Sequence record: OR529409.1
DNA length: 64,000 nt
Reading direction: 5' to 3' (one strand)
Notes under the pieces: model-generated
What the model was told of the DNA's origin: nothing
The model's database searches: none
What the model saw: only the letters and a program-made list of their open reading frames with translations
In this document: positions 8,251-18,281 of the stretch, piece by piece
Layout of the letters: each line of letters opens with the position of its first letter
Position numbering within the stretch: the stretch's first letter is position 1
Position numbers and translations under genes: made by a program

Positions 8251-8457
8251 ATGTTGTATGACGCAATTGAAGTTTGTTTTATCGTAATCTCCATTCTTTC
8301 CTTTATCTGGGTAATGAAGAAGAAAGGAACCGGGGCGATGTTAATTATTGCGTTTTCTATTGTTGTCGTGGCAGGATGTCGTTATCAAGATAACGCCGAT
8401 ACCGAACAAGCTTTAGAGCATCCAAAATATACCAAATCTAACTGCGGCTGTTTATAA
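8251..8457 (+). CDS. Small membrane protein / possible lipoprotein
   Basis: Two hydrophobic segments; the second is MKKKG..IIAFSIVVVAGC with a lipobox-like VAGC. Confidence 0.65.
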   Translation: MLYDAIEVCFIVISILSFIWVMKKKGTGAMLIIAFSIVVVAGCRYQDNADTEQALEHPKYTKSNCGCL

Positions 8458-8469
8458 GAGGAACTGATT

Positions 8470-8763
8470 ATGTTTTATGATTTAGTCAAGGTTTGCAAGG
8501 AACTCGTATTCTCCCACACTTTCAACGAAAGCAATCCTGACAAGGGTTACTTCGATACCTGGAAGTGGCGTAAGTTACTCATTAACGTGGTAAGCGTAAC
8601 GTATCACACCCCTAAGCTTGCCGCACTCAGTCCGCTCTTAAAGGCTATTTCCAGTAAGCAAGACGGGCTGACAATTTCCCCACAAACTGACAGTCAAGGA
8701 CGGGTCACTCGGATTACAGTGACGCACAATAATAAATCGGTAGGTTTCAGATTCAAACGTTAA
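8470..8763 (+). CDS. Hypothetical protein
   Basis: GAGGA RBS, operonic. Confidence 0.7.
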   Translation: MFYDLVKVCKELVFSHTFNESNPDKGYFDTWKWRKLLINVVSVTYHTPKLAALSPLLKAISSKQDGLTISPQTDSQGRVTRITVTHNNKSVGFRFKR

Positions 8764-8776
8764 AGGAATAAAGACC

Positions 8777-9349
8777 ATGGGATACATCGAGCTTAAACAC
8801 GGAACTGATAAAGACTACGTTCCCTATCGCACCAACGACATCTACGAGTTAGATGAAGATATCACCGTCTTAACCGACGACACTCGGGTTATTGACGAAA
8901 ATAAAGAAACCTACTTTTTTGTGCCAGGGGTGGACGCAGAAAACATCAAGGTTAAGGTCGGTGACGTGAACCAGTTTTTACTATTCTGGTCTGTAAAGGA
9001 AGGTGTCGAGGTCAGACTCGTTTCGTTTGGAACTGGGAGAAAAACCACAAAGGTGGTTGGTTTCCTCATGACTGAATTCCATCACCATTCCATTTACGCC
9101 TGCGTGTTCTCGGCTCTGTTACATCGAGAATCGAAAATGAATCTCCGTAGCAATAAGTTAGCGACGGGGATCATGTGTAAATTACTTCATCGTTGTCTCA
9201 AAAGTTTTAAGCTCCAGCATCCTTCGCTTGGACGGATCTGTCTCGATATCGTATCTGATAATGGCGTTATCAAGTACGTTAACCAACACGGTAATTTCAG
9301 TGGATTGTATTATCGATTCAATCCAGGGTTTAAACCAGAATTACGCTAG
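8777..9349 (+). CDS. Hypothetical protein
   Basis: AAGGA RBS, operonic. Confidence 0.7.
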   Translation: MGYIELKHGTDKDYVPYRTNDIYELDEDITVLTDDTRVIDENKETYFFVPGVDAENIKVKVGDVNQFLLFWSVKEGVEVRLVSFGTGRKTTKVVGFLMTEFHHHSIYACVFSALLHRESKMNLRSNKLATGIMCKLLHRCLKSFKLQHPSLGRICLDIVSDNGVIKYVNQHGNFSGLYYRFNPGFKPELR

Positions 9350-9357
9350 GAAAAAAC

Positions 9358-9900
9358 ATGTCAGAAATCATCAGTTACAATAAAGCGCAGCTGGTTAATG
9401 GGTTCGAACTCGTTTGCCATCATCGCACCATTCACCTGTTCGAAGATGTTTTCGAAAAGGGCAGGTACAATAAAGAGTTCGTTGCTAAATTTGACGAACT
9501 GGAAGTATTTTTGGATGTTCGTTACGCGATCATCTTAGGGAGAAAAGATAAAGATCTCACACTGCATCTAATTCGCAGTAATGCAGCTCGTGAGATCGTC
9601 AGCTGGGATTATCATTACAAGTCCAATGATAACCGATCTGACAATTGGAAGATGGAGGCCATCGGGCAGTTTATCGTCAGTGACATGGAGCAGGGATATT
9701 TCTCCCTCTCCCCTGGTTATCGAAGTGATATCAACGACCTACTGACTTATATCGGTGGTCAAGAGAAAGAGGTCAATATTCGCAATACAGAAATCAGCGT
9801 CAGTGAGGGTAAATTTAACTTCGTAGGCCGTAACGGACAGATCGGCCCGGGTTTGTTGTCAGAGACCAAACCAGTTAACCTTATTAAGTTGTGGGCATAA
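9358..9900 (+). CDS. Hypothetical protein
   Basis: AGGA RBS, ends at a convergent hairpin. Confidence 0.7.
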   Translation: MSEIISYNKAQLVNGFELVCHHRTIHLFEDVFEKGRYNKEFVAKFDELEVFLDVRYAIILGRKDKDLTLHLIRSNAAREIVSWDYHYKSNDNRSDNWKMEAIGQFIVSDMEQGYFSLSPGYRSDINDLLTYIGGQEKEVNIRNTEISVSEGKFNFVGRNGQIGPGLLSETKPVNLIKLWA

Positions 9901-9939
9901 TAATAACTCCTACTCCCGATAAGGGAGTAGGAGTTATTA
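9901..9939. terminator. Bidirectional terminator hairpin (ACTCCTAC family)
   Basis: TAATAACTCCTACTCCC-GATAA-GGGAGTAGGAGTTATTA between convergent genes. Confidence 0.85.
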
Positions 9940-9951
9940 GCTTTTTTGTTT

Positions 9952-12000
9952 TTAGAACAAATCTAAAACTGAAGATGTGGATTTAGGAAGCGGCATAGTA
10001 GGTAATTCGAAATCCATTAACTCCAATGCCTCTTCTCCCCCGATAGCTCTCAATGAAGGATTATTCAGTGTACTCTGAGATAACAGCTCTTCAACGTTGT
10101 CCCTCGACCACTGTAGAATATCGATGGACCGGGTCATGATGTTAAGTTCTTTACCGGTATCCAGCTCGATCATCCAGAAGAAGCAAGGTTTATCCTGACC
10201 TTGTCTGAAGATACGCGCCTTGGTTTGTTTCAGCTCGTAATCCCTCCAAGGAGCATCCATGAGAATCTCCTGGTTAGCCACGACCATGTGCGCCGATTCC
10301 CTCAAAGATCTGAAGGTGGTAACTGCTGGGTTCAAGTCAGGTTCCGTATCAAACCGTTTGATCAGAATGTCCTTAGACTGGTCAGCATCGCCGTAAATCA
10401 ATAACGGTTTAAAGCCTTCCTTGTTAAGCACACTATAGACTTCATTCAGCACATCCACATAAGACGTAAAGATCAATGTTTTCTTCTCTACGTTGTTTAT
10501 CATGGATGGAAGTCCTGCGTGAGCAACAACGGCTCTTACCGCTTCTATGCGTGCTTTACCCAACACATTGCCTAACGCCTCCCCTCTTATCTTCAAGCCA
10601 ACGTACTTAACCGCTGATTTGATATTGCGGAACTGCTTTAACTGCTCCCCGCGTAAGCGAGCTTCAATGTCGATTTCTACGTTCTTAGCGTACTGGGAAT
10701 CAGCTGAGTCAGTAAAGTTGTTATAACCGTGAGTTCTGAACCGATTCACGATCTGTTTGTACTTAACCAGTTCGCCCAGCTTACCGTTGTCATCCTTAAC
10801 GTAGCTTTCGTAATCGTCTAGAACGTGATTAAAGAAAGCCAAAAACATCGGCATGTTTTGTTCGTAGAACTTGACTCGGTTCTGTATGTAAGAAAGCATT
10901 TCGAGTCTAATGGCTTTCAACGTGAATCGTTCGCCATTAGGAACGGTCACCGGAACCATTTCTACTGGTGGCTCCTCACCCATATCAAAGAGAGAATCAA
11001 TGACGTAACGTGTCCTGCCCAATCGATGGGCCAGAAGGCTGTTAAGTTTATCCCTGGATAGCCCGTAAGACTTCATGAAACGCTCTCTGGCGTTACCTTT
11101 AAAGAAAGGATCTATCAGTGCAAAGATCGAATATGCTTCCCTTGCCATGGCTTTTAGCGGTGTTCCTGACATAGGAAGAGCATCGTTAAACGGATAGTGA
11201 TCAGCAGCTTTAATGATATTCTGAGTTTGTTTAGAACTCAGCTCGTTAAAGTTGTGGGATTCGTCTACAACGAGAGAAACTCCGCCTTTACCAGCCGCTT
11301 CGAAAACTTGGTCAAGGATCTTAAAGAAATCAGGGTTTCTTGTATAATCAATGTGAATAAGGAAGTATTCGCAAGAAGGATCAAACGGTTTATTTTGACG
11401 GGTACTCCAATACTTAGGAGGATCAACAAAAACCTTCTCTTCCATATGCAGCTTCCAGACGGTATTGATGCCTGCGTCTGGGCAAATGATAATGTGTTTT
11501 TTATTTCCCGTCAGTCGGGTCCACATAAGGCTAGTGTAGGTTTTTCCACTACCTGCTTTGGCGTCCAGCAAAAGCCCTTTAAGGTGGTGAGATTTCTTAA
11601 CCATCTTGTAAGTGGATATAAAACCCCATTGAGTATCATAAGGTTTTATTTTAAACTGTTTTAAAAAAGAAGCTTTGTCTATCGGATAAGCTGTAGGGGT
11701 AACGGTATCCTTTATCCAGGTATCCGTTCTGAGTTTTATTTGGAGTTCGTTAAGGTTCTTGCGACTACTCCAAGTATTTCTTGACTGGAGGATCTTTGTT
11801 ATTAGATGATCCAACTCCAATAAGAAAAAGTTATCCGTAACGAACTTATTGGATCCAACCCGTCTGAACATATAACGACCTGGCGTGCTTGTGCCATACG
11901 CGGTCTGTATGTCGTCATTAAAGTTACGGAAGTTAACATGATTGATTTCCGTAATAGTCGGTCCTTGTTTAACATCAGGCCCAAAGATATAGTTTAACAT
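9952..12000 (-). CDS. SF2 (SNF2/DEAH-like) helicase
   Basis: LLDAKAGSGKT (motif I), VVDESHN (II), SGTP (III), QTKARIFRQGQ (VI); ATG 12000 preferred over TTG 12006. Confidence 0.9.
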   Translation of the reverse strand: MLNYIFGPDVKQGPTITEINHVNFRNFNDDIQTAYGTSTPGRYMFRRVGSNKFVTDNFFLLELDHLITKILQSRNTWSSRKNLNELQIKLRTDTWIKDTVTPTAYPIDKASFLKQFKIKPYDTQWGFISTYKMVKKSHHLKGLLLDAKAGSGKTYTSLMWTRLTGNKKHIIICPDAGINTVWKLHMEEKVFVDPPKYWSTRQNKPFDPSCEYFLIHIDYTRNPDFFKILDQVFEAAGKGGVSLVVDESHNFNELSSKQTQNIIKAADHYPFNDALPMSGTPLKAMAREAYSIFALIDPFFKGNARERFMKSYGLSRDKLNSLLAHRLGRTRYVIDSLFDMGEEPPVEMVPVTVPNGERFTLKAIRLEMLSYIQNRVKFYEQNMPMFLAFFNHVLDDYESYVKDDNGKLGELVKYKQIVNRFRTHGYNNFTDSADSQYAKNVEIDIEARLRGEQLKQFRNIKSAVKYVGLKIRGEALGNVLGKARIEAVRAVVAHAGLPSMINNVEKKTLIFTSYVDVLNEVYSVLNKEGFKPLLIYGDADQSKDILIKRFDTEPDLNPAVTTFRSLRESAHMVVANQEILMDAPWRDYELKQTKARIFRQGQDKPCFFWMIELDTGKELNIMTRSIDILQWSRDNVEELLSQSTLNNPSLRAIGGEEALELMDFELPTMPLPKSTSSVLDLF

Positions 12001-12030
12001 CACCAATCACCCGTTATTAGGAGTAGTAAA

Positions 12031-13308
12031 ATGAATTCTGTCGACATCAACACCTATAAGAAGTTCTTCTCTGCTGTTGCCGCTGAACTGTTCAGTAATC
12101 TGGAAGATCTCAAAATCGTTTCCCATCGTCACGCGCTGTTAAATATTCTGTTTATCGACGGGATCAAAATCAGTACGGGTGAACGTCGCCGCTATGCCTT
12201 CCACGAAAAGCATCTGAAGGCGGTCAAAGAACGCATTAACCTGGGCGACTTCTCTTTCCTCGATGAGCAGGTTCGGGATAAAGATTTCCAGCCGCGACAG
12301 TATAAAGGCGTCGAAATCGATCACGCTTACGGCTATGTGGTCAGCGCGGTCCCGGTCTTCACTTCCATGGAACAGCGCGGCACCGGCGATAAGGAATTCG
12401 ACAACATGACCACCGGCCAACTGGCACGTGTTGATCAGTGGTTCACCGACTACGCTAAGAAAGAAACCGACCAGCTGAAAACCATCGCCAATCTTACCGA
12501 AGCCTGGGGTAAATTCACCACGACGGTCAAGGATCACGATCTCTACTTCGGATTCGACATCGAAGATCATAAAATCAGTCTGACGCTGGATAAAGCACCT
12601 CCTATCGCTGATGAGATCAAGATCCTTCGTCAGCCGGTTACCCTGGAACAGCTCGCTGAGTTCTCTGAAGATGACCAGAAACACATTGCCGGTGTTCAGG
12701 CTGCCATCGACAAGATGAATGAACTCACTTCAGGGTTCTTCGGCATCGAGCTGGGTAACAAATACCTCACCCAATTCCGTGAGCGTATTTGGGAGCAGAA
12801 CTTCTCCATGCCGCTTCAGTACCAGACCAACATCGTCTATGAGTTCACCGATAACACGCCTGAAACTCGTGCCCTCGTAGAGGAACAAGTCGAAAAGGTT
12901 ATCAGTCTGCTGAAAGATAAAGAAGCCGAGCTGGGTAATCGCGTCTACCTCGACACTAACTCGCTGGCGACCTTCGTTATTAACGAAGAAGGCGCTAACG
13001 AATACTACGATTACCCAGTGGTCCGTGAGATGTGGTCGAAGTTCGTTCGTTCGTTCGGTAAAGCCATCCTCAACCTGATGAACCAGACCGAATCGGTTTA
13101 CTTCAAACCCTACATCTCTAAGGTAACCAAAGTGGAAACCGAAGAAACTGTAGCGGCGCCGGCTCGTGGCGAAACCCCACATCTGGTTGCAGTGGATGAA
13201 CCGGCTTTTGTAGATGGTGATGCAGAAGTGGCGGTTGAGGGCGATTCTGCCCAGGATGAAACCTATGCGCTCGAAGGCAACGCTCAGGCTCCTAGTCAAA
13301 CCGTTTAA
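12031..13308 (+). CDS. Hypothetical acidic protein, probably highly expressed
   Basis: AGGAG RBS, strong codon bias, acidic low-complexity C-tail. Confidence 0.8.
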   Translation: MNSVDINTYKKFFSAVAAELFSNLEDLKIVSHRHALLNILFIDGIKISTGERRRYAFHEKHLKAVKERINLGDFSFLDEQVRDKDFQPRQYKGVEIDHAYGYVVSAVPVFTSMEQRGTGDKEFDNMTTGQLARVDQWFTDYAKKETDQLKTIANLTEAWGKFTTTVKDHDLYFGFDIEDHKISLTLDKAPPIADEIKILRQPVTLEQLAEFSEDDQKHIAGVQAAIDKMNELTSGFFGIELGNKYLTQFRERIWEQNFSMPLQYQTNIVYEFTDNTPETRALVEEQVEKVISLLKDKEAELGNRVYLDTNSLATFVINEEGANEYYDYPVVREMWSKFVRSFGKAILNLMNQTESVYFKPYISKVTKVETEETVAAPARGETPHLVAVDEPAFVDGDAEVAVEGDSAQDETYALEGNAQAPSQTV

Positions 13309-13326
13309 TCGATAACGCAAAGAAAC

Positions 13327-13358
13327 TATTCCTCCTACCCGTAAGGGTAGGAGGAATA
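13327..13358. terminator. Bidirectional terminator hairpin
   Basis: TATTCCTCCTACCC-GTAA-GGGTAGGAGGAATA between convergent genes. Confidence 0.85.
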
Positions 13359-13375
13359 TATTTCTGTTATTTTTT

Positions 13376-14035
13376 TTACGGCGTTTGTTCATTCTTAGCG
13401 GCTATTAACGCAGCCTCTAATTCCTGAATGTACAATTGTTGTTTGGTTATAGTTTCGGCCTGCTTAGCAAGTTTGATTTGATCCGTCTCTGCATTAGCGA
13501 TAGCATTAAGCCGAGTAGATTCAAATATTTCCGCATCTTCTTTCGAGACATAAGCCCTGGTAGGAATACTACCAATGTAGCTCTTCGCGTTGACAAGTCC
13601 GAAGTTAGTTTTCGCGTAATCTTGGAAGTGATCGATCAACGTGTTAATTTTATCCGCCATCTGAGGAGGGCATGCCCCCAGGTCGGTGTAAACAACAAAT
13701 CTTTCAAAGATCACCCCGTCAATTAGGGGAAATGATTTGATATAGGTGCTGGGAATATAAACCGGAGATCCGTTTTTAGAGGTCAGGGTGATGATCGCCC
13801 CGTTATTCTCTTCTACCAGATCTAAGATACTTTCATAAGCATCTTCCGAAATCCCTACTGGTTCGAACATCAATCCCCAAACATCAATATTCCTGTTTCG
13901 GAACTGTGCCGCCGTACAGACGTCTTCCACTTTATAAAAGATGGACTCGTCGACCACTGTTGTAAAAGGTGTGATCGCGGTAAATTGTCCCGCGGCATAG
14001 AGTGAAGGAATGACGTTTTTATCAGTGTCTGCCAT
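13376..14035 (-). CDS. Putative virion-associated protein
   Basis: Co-oriented with the 445-aa gene; GAGGT RBS; C-terminal coiled coil. Confidence 0.6.
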   Translation of the reverse strand: MADTDKNVIPSLYAAGQFTAITPFTTVVDESIFYKVEDVCTAAQFRNRNIDVWGLMFEPVGISEDAYESILDLVEENNGAIITLTSKNGSPVYIPSTYIKSFPLIDGVIFERFVVYTDLGACPPQMADKINTLIDHFQDYAKTNFGLVNAKSYIGSIPTRAYVSKEDAEIFESTRLNAIANAETDQIKLAKQAETITKQQLYIQELEAALIAAKNEQTP

Positions 14036-14045
14036 GGACTAACCT

Positions 14046-15383
14046 CTATTCGGTAATAATCCCGTCTTTAATAAACTGGGCCTTGGTCACCATTTGGAAT
14101 CGGGTGGATCCCACTTGAATGGTTGCGAAGAGAATATTGTCCTTGACCAGACGTTTGATCCCTGCCGGCACCAGACCGTCTTCAGTTAACACTTCTGCTC
14201 CGCTGATCAGTGTTTGCATGGCGGTGATGAAGTCGGTTGTGGCTGTAGACATCCATGCGAACTGGGAATCGGTAGAAGGGATGAGCTGATAATCAGGGTA
14301 GAGTTCTTTGATTTTAGTCACGCCGTTAAAGTTCGTCGGTTTACCGGCGAAACAGACTTTAGCGGATTTATAAAGGAAAGGAACAACCTGCGCTGATTTT
14401 ATGATATTATCTGACGTAAAACCTATGAGGTATTTCGTCGGATTTGTTAAAAGTGTTTCGTAGCTGGCAATCGGAGAGTACAGTGAACTTCCATCTGTTT
14501 TATTCTCCAGGCCTAATTCATCCCAATAAGGGATCGCAACAAACTGCGTCGGGTTAAAAAGATCAGGGATGGCGTTCTCCCAATCCTCTTCACTTTCAGA
14601 CGTTAATGCCAAAATGGCATTCGCTATCTCGGTGTAGATCTGATCTTCCTGATCGTCAGCGTTACCGTAAACCAACACAGTGAAATAAACGGTGTTGTAA
14701 TTCGCGGTGTTTACCAGATCATAGACTTTGAACGGATAGACGAAACGAGAACTGTATCGGTATTCGCCATCATTGGTTGCTGCTAAGACGCGTTGCTCGA
14801 TCACGCTAGGGGTTTCTTGAGCGAGTCTGGTAGCAAGCTGCTGATAATTCAGTGTGACGAGTTTATCAATTTCGTCATCTGGAAGCACCAGGATGGGGAC
14901 GATTTCACAATAAGGATATTCCGCTTCAAAGTAAGCATTAGCGAACCAGATTTTAAAATAAACGGTATCCCCGTTAGTCAGCGTCTGGGTACCCTCAATA
15001 TGAGAAGGAAGATAAATGACACTATTCGTGACCATCGTTCCTACACCGCTAAATACCACGCCAGCGGTAAATTGCGCTTGCACTAACTGCAAACATGCTG
15101 TACTATCGTTAGTTAATACTCCGGCCACCGCCTGTTGATATAGCCACTGAGCGATGTCCAGCTGTTTGTTTTTTGTTTCGTCCGGCATGATTTCGGCAAC
15201 ATCATCCTTCACGCCATAAAAATTAATTAAGGTGGGGATGTGATCATCGCTGCGATAGAAACCAGGATCTTTCGAATACGCTCTCGTTTTGCTAGACAGC
15301 TCCCCTAACGGGGAAACCACTTTCTCGTGGTTATCACTTAGCGCCGCAATAGCACTAAATGAAAGGTATGAATATTTGCTCAT
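14046..15383 (-). CDS. Putative virion structural protein (phiKZ gp157-like position)
   Basis: 445 aa; composition and synteny next to the RNase H/UvsX block (recalled). Confidence 0.55.
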   Translation of the reverse strand: MSKYSYLSFSAIAALSDNHEKVVSPLGELSSKTRAYSKDPGFYRSDDHIPTLINFYGVKDDVAEIMPDETKNKQLDIAQWLYQQAVAGVLTNDSTACLQLVQAQFTAGVVFSGVGTMVTNSVIYLPSHIEGTQTLTNGDTVYFKIWFANAYFEAEYPYCEIVPILVLPDDEIDKLVTLNYQQLATRLAQETPSVIEQRVLAATNDGEYRYSSRFVYPFKVYDLVNTANYNTVYFTVLVYGNADDQEDQIYTEIANAILALTSESEEDWENAIPDLFNPTQFVAIPYWDELGLENKTDGSSLYSPIASYETLLTNPTKYLIGFTSDNIIKSAQVVPFLYKSAKVCFAGKPTNFNGVTKIKELYPDYQLIPSTDSQFAWMSTATTDFITAMQTLISGAEVLTEDGLVPAGIKRLVKDNILFATIQVGSTRFQMVTKAQFIKDGIITE

Positions 15384-15403
15384 AATGTCGTCCGTTAAGG
15401 AAA

Positions 15404-15817
15404 GTGAAAATGTTTCCCATAGCCAAAGAACTGGTAGATAGGTTCATAGAATGGCTCCTCAGGCGCGCGTCTGGAGAGACTTTAGAAGAAAAACAGAACT
15501 CGGCTATTCGGTATATTTCCTACGTTGCCGGGGGATTATTGTGGGCGGTTTTGACCCTCGTCGTCATTGATATTAATTTATCTTTACGTATACACGCAAC
15601 TGAAGGCGCTGCGGCAGCGGTTAACAAAATGTTCTCTACGGATAGGAACCCTATAGATGAACTGATTAAAATCAACCGCACGTTAAGCGACAGGGTAGAA
15701 TCGCTCAGGGAAGAAAATATTCTTTTAATCAAAGATAACTTGCGTCTATTGGATCAAACTAAAGTCATGGAAGATGTTGTAAAAACCTGCAAAAGACCGT
15801 CAACCAAAAAACAGTAA
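15404..15817 (+). CDS. Single-TM membrane protein with a C-terminal coiled coil
   Basis: YISYVAGGLLWAVLTLVVIDINL hydrophobic helix followed by a heptad-like region. Confidence 0.6.
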   Translation: MKMFPIAKELVDRFIEWLLRRASGETLEEKQNSAIRYISYVAGGLLWAVLTLVVIDINLSLRIHATEGAAAAVNKMFSTDRNPIDELIKINRTLSDRVESLREENILLIKDNLRLLDQTKVMEDVVKTCKRPSTKKQ

Positions 15818-15824
15818 TATTTTT

Positions 15825-15858
15825 ATACTAGGGATCCCAAATATGGGATCCCTAGTAT
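15825..15858. terminator. Hairpin
   Basis: ATACTAGGGATCCCA-AATA-TGGGATCCCTAGTAT. Confidence 0.75.
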
Positions 15859-15883
15859 TACACAATGACAAAGGCCTTGAACT

Positions 15884-17374
15884 ATGTCTGAGATTAATCT
15901 CGTTTATTATTTAGTGAGTCGAAAAGTAGAAGGTAAGAAAACAGAAAGGGCTTGCGCAGGCGCTTTCGGTTATTCTTACGACGTATCCGTGGTGGGTAAG
16001 AAAAAGTTACAGAAAGATGTCCCTACTACCGTAGGGTTTTATGTCGGAAATACGACGAGCAATGGAACTGTAGTAGAACCTATCGATTCCCTTTCTGTGG
16101 TTGTTTCTGATAGGGCTTTGGAAATTGAAGCTCAGCTGGACTTACTCAAAGTTATTTTGGAAGATGCTGTAGAACATGAGGATGTTAAGAACATCGGGTT
16201 AATTGGGAAGTACCCGTTACTCGAGAAACTTCTTACGGTCGACCCTTCCAAAATCGTAGAAAAGGAATATAGGTTAGGTAAAACGGAATTTAATAAAGAA
16301 GCGGTTAAATCTCTTACGGATATCCAGGCTCTTATGGATAAACTAAAGGGAAGAAGCAAACTCATCTTTAACTTCACACTAAGTGTTGAAGGTGGGATGG
16401 GTCCTAAGATGGCGTGGCAGTCGGCTGGTATCGCCGAGGTTGAAACGGTTTGGGGAATGGAACCCATTGCGGCTTTATACCGTCAGCCGATGAAAACTTT
16501 CCTTAATCCGGAGAGTGACTTTAACCGTATCATTTGCGGTAGTCGGTGGTATTTTAACACAGGCGAAGGCAACGACTTCTACGAGCTAAAAGAAGGATAC
16601 CGCCGCTACGGCTTCGGTAAAGTCGAGAAAGATAAGAAGTATTACGGTAAGCTCACCCCAGACGTGACTTATTCCTCTTTCTACACAAAGACACCTATAG
16701 CGCTGTTGGATAAGCTTTATGACTATACCGAGAAAAGGACACATAACCCTAAAGGTTTGATGCTCGCTGGGAACATGCAATTCGTCAAATCTAAGGAAAT
16801 AGCCAGGCTTATCGATAACTGCCCTGGGGTGGTGAGAGAAAAGGACTTAATCGTTCCGTTTAGAATGGGTTCTCAGGACGAACCTACTTTGGTGGAGTTG
16901 ATTGACCCACCTGGACTCACTTACCGCATCTCCGACGTCATGGAAGAACATGACATTATCTTACACAGCTTCTTAAACAAAGATGAGTTCAATAAATTCG
17001 GGCAATATCAAAAGTTCTACGATATAACGAATGTCATTTTTGAGAAGATCCCAAATAAAAAAGGGGAGATCAAGTTAAAGCTTCAACCGGACTTCACCCA
17101 AAATACCCAAACGTTTAAAGTCAACGTAGAACACCGCAAAGCGGTTAAAGCCGTACCTATAACGTTGAGCGTCGGATACGATTTACCAGAGCGAAATGCG
17201 TTTAACTCAGTAAAGGATCCCGATGTTCAAGTTTGGGTTAACATTGACGAAGCCAACGACGGATGTTTGATCTACCGGATTATTGTCAAAGCGGAAGATT
17301 GGATTTACATACATGCGTCTGGATGCGCTAATGTAAGGGTCTTGAATAAAGCCGAGCTAGGTAGAAAAGATTAA
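15884..17374 (+). CDS. RNase H-family protein (phiKZ gp155-like), active site apparently degenerate
   Basis: Size, synteny with UvsX, and FGYSY, PTTVG, RWYF, YGKL motifs recalled from the family; no TDG/TDS motifs. Confidence 0.55.
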   Translation: MSEINLVYYLVSRKVEGKKTERACAGAFGYSYDVSVVGKKKLQKDVPTTVGFYVGNTTSNGTVVEPIDSLSVVVSDRALEIEAQLDLLKVILEDAVEHEDVKNIGLIGKYPLLEKLLTVDPSKIVEKEYRLGKTEFNKEAVKSLTDIQALMDKLKGRSKLIFNFTLSVEGGMGPKMAWQSAGIAEVETVWGMEPIAALYRQPMKTFLNPESDFNRIICGSRWYFNTGEGNDFYELKEGYRRYGFGKVEKDKKYYGKLTPDVTYSSFYTKTPIALLDKLYDYTEKRTHNPKGLMLAGNMQFVKSKEIARLIDNCPGVVREKDLIVPFRMGSQDEPTLVELIDPPGLTYRISDVMEEHDIILHSFLNKDEFNKFGQYQKFYDITNVIFEKIPNKKGEIKLKLQPDFTQNTQTFKVNVEHRKAVKAVPITLSVGYDLPERNAFNSVKDPDVQVWVNIDEANDGCLIYRIIVKAEDWIYIHASGCANVRVLNKAELGRKD

Positions 17375-17384
17375 CTTGGTTGAA

Positions 17385-17420
17385 TATAACAGTTAGGGTC
17401 GTGAGACCCTAACTGTTATA
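17385..17420. terminator. Bidirectional terminator hairpin
   Basis: TATAACAGTTAGGGTC-GTGA-GACCCTAACTGTTATA between convergent genes. Confidence 0.85.
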
Positions 17421-17424
17421 CTGT

Positions 17425-18222
17425 TTACTTTAATTTACCCAGTTCCGCTGTTTGAGATTCAAAAACAGCAGTCAGCTCATTTAAGAGAACCAACCCAGCG
17501 CCAGTAACATTAATCAACGTGTTGTACGTATTAATGGTATCCTGGAGTGTTTTTAAACTATCCTTGTCGAAGACCAACTGGGACGTTTTGATCTTGTCGA
17601 CGATGATATTCCCCAGGTGATAAACTTCGTCAATACGATCAGCGAGGGAACGAATGTCCGAGGACTTAATACCCGATACCGCTCCATTGAAATGCTCGAC
17701 AGTATCGTAGAAGGATTTGAACGAATCGTAAAACTGATTAAGCCGATGGTGGGTATTTCGAGAAGACTGAATCCCTTCCATAAAGGACTGCAGATCGTTG
17801 GCCAGCGTATCCGTCTTGGTGACGCTGAACCAGAACGAAGAACCGACAGTCCCCGTTTTAGCAACATCTTTCAACCACTTGTAAATCCGACCGGATTCCG
17901 TTAACGCGGTAGAAAGCAGCAGCGCGGTGGAAGAAACCATTTTAACATAATAGCTCCATTCGGTTTTCTCCGGATCAAAATAAGCCGGACCGGTCAAAGG
18001 AACCATTGTATGTTTAAAGTAATTTACTGCGGCGAGGTGTTTGGCTGTCTTGCCGTAATCGATAGTGTGGGCCGATGATTTAAGTTGACGAAACGCCTCT
18101 TTAAATCCACGTGATATTTCGGTCATTTTAAGTGAAAGAGACTCACCGACAGAAAGTTTTTCAGAACCGTCTATACCGAAAATAACAGGTTGCTTAACCT
18201 GTTCGATAAAACTGTTATTCAT
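17425..18222 (-). CDS. Putative virion (head) protein, phiKZ gp153-like position
   Basis: Helical 265-aa ORF between the RNase H-like and UvsX genes (synteny). Confidence 0.55.
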   Translation of the reverse strand: MNNSFIEQVKQPVIFGIDGSEKLSVGESLSLKMTEISRGFKEAFRQLKSSAHTIDYGKTAKHLAAVNYFKHTMVPLTGPAYFDPEKTEWSYYVKMVSSTALLLSTALTESGRIYKWLKDVAKTGTVGSSFWFSVTKTDTLANDLQSFMEGIQSSRNTHHRLNQFYDSFKSFYDTVEHFNGAVSGIKSSDIRSLADRIDEVYHLGNIIVDKIKTSQLVFDKDSLKTLQDTINTYNTLINVTGAGLVLLNELTAVFESQTAELGKLK

Positions 18223-18281
18223 TACTGGCGCTCCGTATTATTAGGTCAATAGCGTTTTTCATAGAATCCAAGAGGTAAACG

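Noticed and set aside
12139-13392. Antisense ORFs 12139..12684 and 12730..13392
   Set aside because: Shadow frames of the codon-biased 12031..13308 gene; no RBS or motifs.
15404-15817. Holin or i-spanin assignment
   Set aside because: It has a single TM plus coiled coil, but no embedded or adjacent lipoprotein partner and it is far from the endolysin, so the evidence is insufficient.
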